From: a virus
Lineage: Duplodnaviria > Caudoviricetes
DNA length: 64,000 nt
Strand: one strand, 5' to 3'
Virus record (IMG/VR): IMGVR_UViG_3300033121_001789
Location: 32,001-96,000 of that record
This document shows positions 55,983 to 64,000 of this stretch, one piece after another. The notes beneath the pieces were generated by a model. That model saw nothing but the letters and a program-made list of their open reading frames with translations. It was not told where the DNA came from and ran no database searches. Numbering within the stretch: the stretch's first letter is position 1; each line of letters starts with the position of its first letter. The translations under genes were made by a program, and so were the position numbers.

Positions 55983-57263
55983 TTAGATTTTTACTTTATC
56001 GTTGGATTGTATTTCTTTAACAGCCAGTAATTCATTATCTAATACTCCTGCTCTTTTTTCCAGATTAGTTAAAGCTTCTTTTAAAATTTTTGTATTTCCT
56101 AATATTTGCATAGAAGATTTTATTTTACTTATATTGAATTTAACATCTTCTAATTTCAATGTTATTTCTCTTTCTTTATCTTCTAATTTCTTTCTTGTAA
56201 CTATTTCTTTATTTAATTTATTTTCATAAAAATATGTCAAATCATAATTTAATTCATTTCGAACCTCGTTAACAAGTTCGATGGCAGATTCATATTTAAA
56301 AAATGAATATCCGTATCTCTCATCACAACGATAAATAAATAAATTATTTTTATAATTGAAAGCATAAACCTCCAAAGTTGGGTTTATAAGATTAGTAACT
56401 CTTTTAACAACATCTAATTCAACGAAACTATCTAAGTTGTTGTGAACTTCCATAATTAATGGATAGAAATTTTTATTTACAATTGGTATAATTGGAGACG
56501 AAAAAATGTTTTCTAATGTAGATTCCTCATTTAATTCATCCTCATTTATATATAGACTTCCGTTGGAAACTCCCAACCCAACTGTCAAATATTCAGATAT
56601 TCTGAAATCAATTCTCGATTCCGAAATAACACAATATTGTAAAGCTGTTTGTAATGTTCTTAGACATCTAAATCTTTCTTCATCCTTAACATGATTTTCA
56701 AGTAATGTTTTTTCTATAACACCATCCGTTAAAATGAACCAAGAATCTTTTATAAAAGATAAATGACCATCCTCAACCTGTTCAACAATGGTATATACAG
56801 ATTCTGCCTTACCACCATTTAATAAGTTATTTCTCTTTTCAGGGGATTTAGTTAAATTATGAACAAATAATTTTATTTCTGGAACCCAGTCATATATTGC
56901 CAATTCGTTTAATATTTTTGAAAGTCTATCTTGATCTGTTTCAAGGTTTATAGTCTGTAATAAAACATTTATTGGTTGACGATAAAGTTCTCCTTGGTTT
57001 TTAGTATTTAAAACATTATACAAACTTTTTAATTCATATAATAATTGATATTGAGCGACATCATTGTTAAGACTTTCCAAGAATAACTTAACATCCTTAT
57101 CATAAGTAAATGGTGTCAATCTTTCATTAAGTGATTGAATAATTTGCTTTTCTGCAAAATCAACATAATTATTAAGAAAGCCCTCAATAATATAAGACAC
57201 GTCAGACTGATCAAAAGTTAGTGACTTTTTAAAGTTGAAAAGCTCAAGTTTTAGATTCTTCAT
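55983..57263 (-). CDS. Hypothetical (probably structural) protein with C-terminal coiled coil
   Basis: 426 aa ORF in the virion module; TAATATATA upstream. Confidence 0.65.
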   Translation of the reverse strand: MKNLKLELFNFKKSLTFDQSDVSYIIEGFLNNYVDFAEKQIIQSLNERLTPFTYDKDVKLFLESLNNDVAQYQLLYELKSLYNVLNTKNQGELYRQPINVLLQTINLETDQDRLSKILNELAIYDWVPEIKLFVHNLTKSPEKRNNLLNGGKAESVYTIVEQVEDGHLSFIKDSWFILTDGVIEKTLLENHVKDEERFRCLRTLQTALQYCVISESRIDFRISEYLTVGLGVSNGSLYINEDELNEESTLENIFSSPIIPIVNKNFYPLIMEVHNNLDSFVELDVVKRVTNLINPTLEVYAFNYKNNLFIYRCDERYGYSFFKYESAIELVNEVRNELNYDLTYFYENKLNKEIVTRKKLEDKEREITLKLEDVKFNISKIKSSMQILGNTKILKEALTNLEKRAGVLDNELLAVKEIQSNDKVKI

Positions 57264-57329
57264 ATATTAAAAATATTTTTTTTATATACTATATATTACA
57301 TATAAAATGTCACTTTTAGTCACTTTTTA

Positions 57330-58079
57330 TTATGAATTATTAGATAAATTATTATTACTATTTGTATTATTCGGAAAAGGACTTTTCGTTCTAAGTGAAA
57401 TAATATTGTTAAACCACTTTGTCCTAAAAGGCTTTATTTCTTCACCATCATTTACAATAAATGACGGATAGAAAGTCTGTACTTCTAAAGATGCAGTTAT
57501 CTTTATTGTATTATCAGATTTTAGATTTTTTTCTCGAACAATCTCAATTCCTGTATTGTCAGGTTGTGTCATAACAGCATCAATATTCATATAATTATGT
57601 TCAAAGTACATAAATTTATATAACCACAACGTATTCATAACTGACTGCGAACACTTAAAAACATCAACCTCTGATTTGAGCAAAATTACCAAATCATATG
57701 TGGCAGTGATAGGTATTGCTCTAACTTTATTTAATGTTCTACGAACCTCTACATTGTCCTCTGTGACATTTCTAAGCCAAACATTTGGATTTCTAAACTC
57801 ATCCGATCTTATAACCCAATTTGTAAGAGTAATGTGTCCTCTTGGAATTATATCCGTATTAAGATCAACAAATCTATTTGAGGAAACTACATCATCACTA
57901 AAGCTGTCCAATAGGAATCTCTCATCACCCGTCATTGAATAATAAAAGGGAACTAAAACATCAACATCACCAGAGGAAAATCGATTTTTCCACTTAACAC
58001 GTCCTTCCAATGTATCCAATACACACATTGTTAAATCTCTGAGGAAAACCTCATCATAATTAAACTTATCTCCTATCAT
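57330..58079 (-). CDS. Tail terminator / sheath stabiliser (T4 gp15-like)
   Basis: VPFYY...ERFL, IPRGHI, AIPITATYDL; virion-module context; ATG 58079 after late motif. Confidence 0.6.
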   Translation of the reverse strand: MIGDKFNYDEVFLRDLTMCVLDTLEGRVKWKNRFSSGDVDVLVPFYYSMTGDERFLLDSFSDDVVSSNRFVDLNTDIIPRGHITLTNWVIRSDEFRNPNVWLRNVTEDNVEVRRTLNKVRAIPITATYDLVILLKSEVDVFKCSQSVMNTLWLYKFMYFEHNYMNIDAVMTQPDNTGIEIVREKNLKSDNTIKITASLEVQTFYPSFIVNDGEEIKPFRTKWFNNIISLRTKSPFPNNTNSNNNLSNNS

Positions 58080-58125
58080 TACCCTATATATTAAAACCAT
58101 TCTCTACCAAAAAAATATAATATAG

Positions 58126-59085
58126 ATGGAAATTAACAATTTACTACTCTGGGAGAAATATCGACCAAGAAATATCAACGAAATTATACTACCTGAAAGA
58201 ATTAAGAAAAATTTTCATTTGGGTGTTAATAAAAATTATATTTTCTACGGAAATTATGGAACGGGCAAAACATCACTAGCTAGGATATTAATTGGTAAAT
58301 ACTCAAAGGATAAGGCTTATCTTGAAATAAACTCATCACTATATACATCAATTGATACTCTACGAAGCGAAATAGAGAAATTTTGCAAAACTGTTCCTAT
58401 CTTTGAATCTGAAGATCCACTTAAATATATTTTTTTAGACGAGTTTGAAAGGGTTTCTCCACAATATCAAGATGCATTAAAAGCATTTATTGAACAGTAT
58501 CATAAAAATGTTCGATTTATATTAACAACTAACCATTTTAACAAAATATCTGATGGGATTAAATCAAGATTTACATCAATAAATTTTGACTGTGATGCGA
58601 CAGAGGAAAAGCAAGTCAAAACGGATATCTATAAAAGAATAATGGATGATATTGTTTTAAAAGAAGAGATTAAAATTGAAAAAGATTTATTGATATCAAT
58701 AATTAATAAAAAATTTCCAGATATAAGATCAATATTCGTCGAACTTCAAAATATTAAAGATACTGGTTCTGCGTCCAACACACAAACTATAAATACTAAA
58801 CTAAAATTAGATACTTATAATATAATATACGATAAATCAGCAACTTATGAGGATATCTATCATTTTCTGATGACATCATATGGTCCCGAAAAAATAGATT
58901 CCTTATTTCAAATATTGGGAAAATATTTTATCGAATGGTCAATAAAAGAAAAGAAAAACATTAATAATTTATTTAAGTGTAATTATGTAATATCCGACTA
59001 CAGATCAAAATTGGAATCTCAAACCGATCCTATTATTTTAGGAATGACAGTAATTGGCAAATTTCGAGATATATTGAATTCTTAA
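58126..59085 (+). CDS. Clamp loader AAA+ subunit (gp44/RFC-like)
   Basis: LWEKYRP, GNYGTGKTS, LDEFE, RFILTTN, IKSRF, FPDIR. Confidence 0.92.
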   Translation: MEINNLLLWEKYRPRNINEIILPERIKKNFHLGVNKNYIFYGNYGTGKTSLARILIGKYSKDKAYLEINSSLYTSIDTLRSEIEKFCKTVPIFESEDPLKYIFLDEFERVSPQYQDALKAFIEQYHKNVRFILTTNHFNKISDGIKSRFTSINFDCDATEEKQVKTDIYKRIMDDIVLKEEIKIEKDLLISIINKKFPDIRSIFVELQNIKDTGSASNTQTINTKLKLDTYNIIYDKSATYEDIYHFLMTSYGPEKIDSLFQILGKYFIEWSIKEKKNINNLFKCNYVISDYRSKLESQTDPIILGMTVIGKFRDILNS

Positions 59086-59097
59086 TATATATAAGAT

Positions 59098-59475
59098 ATG
59101 GCAGAATTTGATTTTAAAGATATTTATATCGGATATAAAGGACATCCAAAATTTAGTATAAATAAAATTATTGTAGATGATATAATAAGAACAATTGTTC
59201 AAAAATATGAAATGATTTTATTTACTAATAAAGGAGATCTTTTAGGAGATCCAGATTTTGGATGTGATATACAAAATTTACTATATCAGACAAAAATATC
59301 AGCATATGCAGTAAAGAATATAATTATAAATCAGATAAACACATATATACCTGAATTATCCAGTATCAACTACTCTCTTGAAGTATTATTTGAGGAGGAT
59401 CCTGAAAATTTTCAAGATGTTATGATAATTAATTTCACAATAGCTGATTATGAAGTTAATGCTATTATATCTTAA
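59098..59475 (+). CDS. Baseplate wedge protein (gp25-like)
   Basis: ILFTNKGDLLGDPDFGCDI..LL...I..QI..YIPE. Confidence 0.82.
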   Translation: MAEFDFKDIYIGYKGHPKFSINKIIVDDIIRTIVQKYEMILFTNKGDLLGDPDFGCDIQNLLYQTKISAYAVKNIIINQINTYIPELSSINYSLEVLFEEDPENFQDVMIINFTIADYEVNAIIS

Positions 59476-62400
59476 GGTCTAACTGTTGACAATACAATAT
59501 CGTTATATCTTTTAGAAGTTAGATTAGTATAAGATTCCAATTCTCGTATATCTAATATTCCACGAATTTCATAGTTTTTCTTATCCCTATAAATAGCACC
59601 ATATCCATTTTGTGATGTTACCTCAATAACTAAATATGGATCTATATTAGAATCAATAGTAAAATTGAAGGAATATAAATTATCAATATACCTACGCTCA
59701 ACTATTTTTTGAATTGGAACCAAATCAATTTCCTTCCACTCCGTTATATTTATCCAATTATTGCTATCAACAAAAGGAGTAATTACTGAATATGTAATCG
59801 AATCAAGTCCGGAATATATGTAAAAATTACTATCATACTTTACCACATCAGAAACATTATATAATGTTCCATAATTCCAATTGGAAATATCTTCATACTT
59901 TCGAGGATTATTTGTTTGATTATTATCTATAACTGATTCATAAACCTTATCATAATAAATTACTCTATCACCTATCATGTAGTTTTTAAATGGATACCAC
60001 TCTCGATATATCTCATATGTTCTAATATTTACATCATACATATCTGGCAATGATTGTGTTGATGATATATAAAAATCTAAAACGCAGTTATAAACTGTCG
60101 ATCCATTATTAACAGGCATAAGATATAATTCATTCAGCTTAAATGAAACAGGTGTAAATTCCTCTGTCGTTTTTATGATCTTCACATCACGAACAATATG
60201 ACCAATGGATGTTGAGTGTACAAAATCCGCTCTTCCTGTTATATCCAATATCTTATGTGTTATTGGTATAATATTTTTCTGCAACCAATACTTCAAACCC
60301 TGCAATTTTATCTGAACCTCTTCTAAAGAATATGTCAATAGATTATTACCCTCTCTATCCGTAATTCTATATGTTAGATTAAATAAATTGGTGTCCTCAT
60401 AATTATCATTTGGGAATACATGTTTAATAAAATCATTATCTGTCCAACCCTCGACAGTATTATCAAATATATCAGGTATCTCCACTTTAAATAGTTTTCG
60501 ATAGTTCGAAGATATATAATTTATATTTCTATAATACTCATTTAATTCTAGGTCATTATACCCAAAATAATTAATAGCGTTAATGATTGATTTATAACTA
60601 CCAACATAAGGATAAATTAAATTTTTCATCATCATCATTTCCTTTCGTTTACGATTCAGATATGTCCAATCAATCCCCTCTTCTTTAATATCATACTCTT
60701 TGAAGATATAAACATCATCAGATGATATCAACTTACCGACATTTCCTAATTCCGTTTCAAATCTTATATCTTCTATCTCAGTTTGTCCATATAAATTAAA
60801 TCTTCCCAATTCCCTATCCCAAATCTTAAATCGAACAGATAAATATGTTGTGCTTCCAGATTTTGGATAATCAGATATAATTGTAGTTTCTGAATCAAAT
60901 CTATCAACAGATTTAAAAAAGTCCACTTTTATTGATTTAAAAAACACCTCTCTTATTCTAACTAAATATCCATTATTATTAGAGATATACTGTTTTCTAT
61001 TGTTGGACTCATCTTTTATAAAAATAGCCAAGTGTTGTCCAGGTCTAAATCCTCTATAATTACCCAAATCATCTGTTATGAAATTGCTACTTGACATTAA
61101 ACCTAATTTAATAAGTCCATATCTATCATTACCATCTAAAACAGTCTCAAATGAAATTTCATTTGTAGAATCTAATAAAGTATTAATTGAGAAGTCAATG
61201 TCTTCTTTTAAATAAAGTTGAAGAATACTTCTTATTCCTCCCTCCATTTGTGAATTAAACCCAATAAATGTTTCTATTGGTTCTGGTACGGATGATGTGT
61301 CCTCATCATCATCAAAATAATTTAATCTGTGTCCAATAACCGGGAAAATTGTTTGTTGATATTCTGGATCATTTACTTTTTCCAAATTTCGATTGGCGTT
61401 TCTATTTAGATAAACAGTTGTTAATGGCTTTGGGCCGGTATAAGCCAAAACACCATCAGTTGGTAATAAATCTCCTGAAAAATCATATAAGAAAAATTCA
61501 GGAACGTTATCTGAAAACCATTTCCAATAAAGAGATGCTTCTGGATATCCTACATAATTATATCTCGGTCTTCTAATGAAGTCTTTGGTATGCAACCAAA
61601 GATAGTTCCTGTGCGTATAATCAGGTGACAAACTACCATAATTATTCTCCTCCATATATGAGTATGTAGGTGTTATATTATAAAAAGAGAAATCTACAAT
61701 CGGAACAACTTCAATAATAGTATTTGTATTTGGTTGTATAGCCCATATGCTATTTCTATCAGGGTTATAAATCATTTGTGTTGTTGGATTACCAACAGGT
61801 AGTACAATTATTTCAGTAATATTGCCAGTATATCCATCAAATACCCATATTCCTGGTAAAGTTGGATCTTGATTTGATAGATAAGTATCACCATCATACA
61901 TATTTATTTGAAGATATCCCCATATACTTGAAAATGAGTGATTAAATAAATAGGTATCTGTTGAATCATCCAATAGACTAAATTGTGGAGAATCCGTTGA
62001 TATATTAATACCAGACTGCAAATTATTAAAAATAATATTATTAAATGAAGATGATGATATTAATATTGTTGAAACGATACCATATTGAATTTTATTTAGA
62101 TTTGTTCCCCAAACATAAATTGATTGTGTTATATTATCATATACCATTATATCTGATGTCAATCCGGTTATTACATATATGACACTAATTGAAAGACTCA
62201 TACCATCAATTCTCAATACAGAAGATCCATCTCGACAACTAACATACATATCACCATCATACTCATTAAAAATTAAATTATAGGAACCAGAATAAGGTAT
62301 TGTCGAAATGGTAGATATTAATACTCCAAGATTAAATATCTTAACATTTTGATCTGTTGATACATAAATATATCCAGTATTTTTATCATATGCTAAGCTA

Positions 62401-64000
62401 TAGGCGTCTTCGGCTATTGAAATTGAGTTAACAACAATATTAGAAAATGGGTCTACCTGCCATAAAATGTTCTTCGATAATGCCCATAAATAGTTATTAA
62501 CATCATCAAATATCATCTCTATACTATCGACATTAGATGGTAAATAAATTCGCGCAATTTCAGATTTGGAAATTGAATCATAAACAGCAATATCTTTATC
62601 ATCAGATGCCTCACCAAAAACAAATACTGAATTAGAAGGCTGAATATAAATAATGTCTATCATATTATCAATAGATGGAATATCTGAAATGCTATATGTT
62701 GTGGTATTTCCATTTGTAATACTAAAGGAATTACTGAATTGTGAAATATCAAACATACCACCACTTGATGCGGTTGTTGAATCTGGACAAGCTGATTGTG
62801 AAAATCCAATGTCAAAAGATACAATGCTAAATGGAGATGACGTACAAATAGCATTTGTCAAACCCCAAAAAGGTCCTTCGTAACTTAAATTGATTGTTCC
62901 AGGAGAAAGATATAAAACATTATATTCAACATCCTGTAATGGATAGACTGTGCCATTTATGCCAGTTATCATACCAGTTGAAAATCCAGTTGTCTCTAAA
63001 GATATTGAAGAATATGTCGCTAATATTATCTCATTAGATGTCAAAAGTGCCCCATGATTACCTGTCATCTTATTAATTATCTTATAATTTCTGTCACCAG
63101 GCAAAACAGAGGATCCAACCTTAATTGATATATCACATCTTTGGTTTTGATTTTTAACATTAAATTTTAAAGATGATGCTGAGTTACTAACATATATTCC
63201 ATAGTTGTCCAATATATCCGCATAATCATCAACCCAATTTTGAAGTGTTTGTGATATTGTGGAATATGGATTCGGAAGAGAATGTGTTACTCCATAAGAA
63301 TTCCCATTGATGTTAATATCAATATAATTTCCTAAACTATAAGAAGCCCCTGGATATGATGGAACTATTGTTAGCGCTTGTTGAGATGGTTCATAAAATA
63401 TAACCTGTGATTTTTCAATGAAAAAATTTGCAGTAGTGCCGACATCAACTCTAAATGATAACGGAATATTTGGATATTCTGTTCTTAAATTTATTGAATT
63501 ATAATAAGGAGAAACAGTATTAATTGTCTGTAAGCTACATATAATACCCAAAGCCAAAAGATCAACTCCATTATTAACTAACCAAGCTCTTAGAGTTTTA
63601 TCAATACTTCTTTCCATATCAATAACACCCGAAACATATACCGGTTGAAACTCCTGTTGATAATTTTGCTTATTAATTTTTAATATTATTCCAAAATTAT
63701 CTATATCTGTAAAAAATATATTATAACTAAAATTAGAACTATAATCTACATTTGTTTCCTTTGAAAGTGTCTCTTCGATTTCAATAGCTCTCTCATAAAC
63801 TAAATTATATCCTCCTATCGGAGATGACGTAAAAGATAATGAATTTGTAGATCCGTAAAAATTAACAATAGCATAAGATGTTGGATACAAAAGATCAGCA
63901 TATATTATAGAATTATCATAATATAAATCAATATTAAGAGATTGTAAATCAGATTTAAATTTCTCCGCTGCTGACGCTAATGTTATTTGAGAAGATTGCG
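59472..64000 (-). CDS. Very large virion/baseplate-type protein with beta-propeller-like region; start lies beyond the right edge
   Basis: Frame open from 63998; YVGSYKSIINAINYFGY baseplate-like segment; repeated beta-blade motifs; carbohydrate-binding-like W..Y..GD.V.Y units. Confidence 0.75.
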   Translation of the reverse strand, partial: QSSQITLASAAEKFKSDLQSLNIDLYYDNSIIYADLLYPTSYAIVNFYGSTNSLSFTSSPIGGYNLVYERAIEIEETLSKETNVDYSSNFSYNIFFTDIDNFGIILKINKQNYQQEFQPVYVSGVIDMERSIDKTLRAWLVNNGVDLLALGIICSLQTINTVSPYYNSINLRTEYPNIPLSFRVDVGTTANFFIEKSQVIFYEPSQQALTIVPSYPGASYSLGNYIDININGNSYGVTHSLPNPYSTISQTLQNWVDDYADILDNYGIYVSNSASSLKFNVKNQNQRCDISIKVGSSVLPGDRNYKIINKMTGNHGALLTSNEIILATYSSISLETTGFSTGMITGINGTVYPLQDVEYNVLYLSPGTINLSYEGPFWGLTNAICTSSPFSIVSFDIGFSQSACPDSTTASSGGMFDISQFSNSFSITNGNTTTYSISDIPSIDNMIDIIYIQPSNSVFVFGEASDDKDIAVYDSISKSEIARIYLPSNVDSIEMIFDDVNNYLWALSKNILWQVDPFSNIVVNSISIAEDAYSLAYDKNTGYIYVSTDQNVKIFNLGVLISTISTIPYSGSYNLIFNEYDGDMYVSCRDGSSVLRIDGMSLSISVIYVITGLTSDIMVYDNITQSIYVWGTNLNKIQYGIVSTILISSSSFNNIIFNNLQSGINISTDSPQFSLLDDSTDTYLFNHSFSSIWGYLQINMYDGDTYLSNQDPTLPGIWVFDGYTGNITEIIVLPVGNPTTQMIYNPDRNSIWAIQPNTNTIIEVVPIVDFSFYNITPTYSYMEENNYGSLSPDYTHRNYLWLHTKDFIRRPRYNYVGYPEASLYWKWFSDNVPEFFLYDFSGDLLPTDGVLAYTGPKPLTTVYLNRNANRNLEKVNDPEYQQTIFPVIGHRLNYFDDDEDTSSVPEPIETFIGFNSQMEGGIRSILQLYLKEDIDFSINTLLDSTNEISFETVLDGNDRYGLIKLGLMSSSNFITDDLGNYRGFRPGQHLAIFIKDESNNRKQYISNNNGYLVRIREVFFKSIKVDFFKSVDRFDSETTIISDYPKSGSTTYLSVRFKIWDRELGRFNLYGQTEIEDIRFETELGNVGKLISSDDVYIFKEYDIKEEGIDWTYLNRKRKEMMMMKNLIYPYVGSYKSIINAINYFGYNDLELNEYYRNINYISSNYRKLFKVEIPDIFDNTVEGWTDNDFIKHVFPNDNYEDTNLFNLTYRITDREGNNLLTYSLEEVQIKLQGLKYWLQKNIIPITHKILDITGRADFVHSTSIGHIVRDVKIIKTTEEFTPVSFKLNELYLMPVNNGSTVYNCVLDFYISSTQSLPDMYDVNIRTYEIYREWYPFKNYMIGDRVIYYDKVYESVIDNNQTNNPRKYEDISNWNYGTLYNVSDVVKYDSNFYIYSGLDSITYSVITPFVDSNNWINITEWKEIDLVPIQKIVERRYIDNLYSFNFTIDSNIDPYLVIEVTSQNGYGAIYRDKKNYEIRGILDIRELESYTNLTSKRYNDIVLSTVRP

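Noticed and set aside
1-64000. Genome-wide stop-codon reassignment (TGA or TAG)
   Set aside because: Long conserved genes are intact in code 11, and TGA and TAG both end genes at sensible positions, often in ATGA overlaps. Only the RF gene and its leader show in-frame TGA.

Overview
A 64 kb, very AT-rich segment of a large T4-like (jumbo/huge) myophage genome. The host is probably Bacteroidota, judged from TAnnTTTG -7 promoter elements, AT-rich translation starts without obvious Shine-Dalgarno sites, and a tmRNA tag resuming at Gly. The left two-thirds carries nucleotide metabolism, replication and repair genes: nrdA/nrdB, gp41-like helicase, DinG helicase, the N-terminal half of a split family B polymerase, thyA, a NEIL1-like glycosylase, two DNA adenine MTases and a minimal family A-like polymerase. 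It also holds five free-standing homing endonucleases, an intein-containing ClpC-like ATPase and three M28-like peptidases. The right third is the head/tail module: gp23, a gp21-scaffold fusion, gp20, gp2, gp4, gp55, gp15-like, gp44, gp25 and a giant baseplate-type protein. The most striking signal is a translation termination/rescue cluster missed by the ORF track. It has a domain-1-less RF1-like release factor (36844-37524) with one in-frame UGA, preceded by a structured leader with stop-rich uORFs, plus a tmRNA (43574-43941) with an unusually long non-canonical tag and a stand-alone NFACT-R protein. TGA is a normal stop elsewhere in the window. Two recurrent terminal peptide motifs on unrelated proteins, a TTAATATATA late-promoter-like element and a truncated capsid paralog are also visible. 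All family calls come from motifs read by eye; no database search was run.
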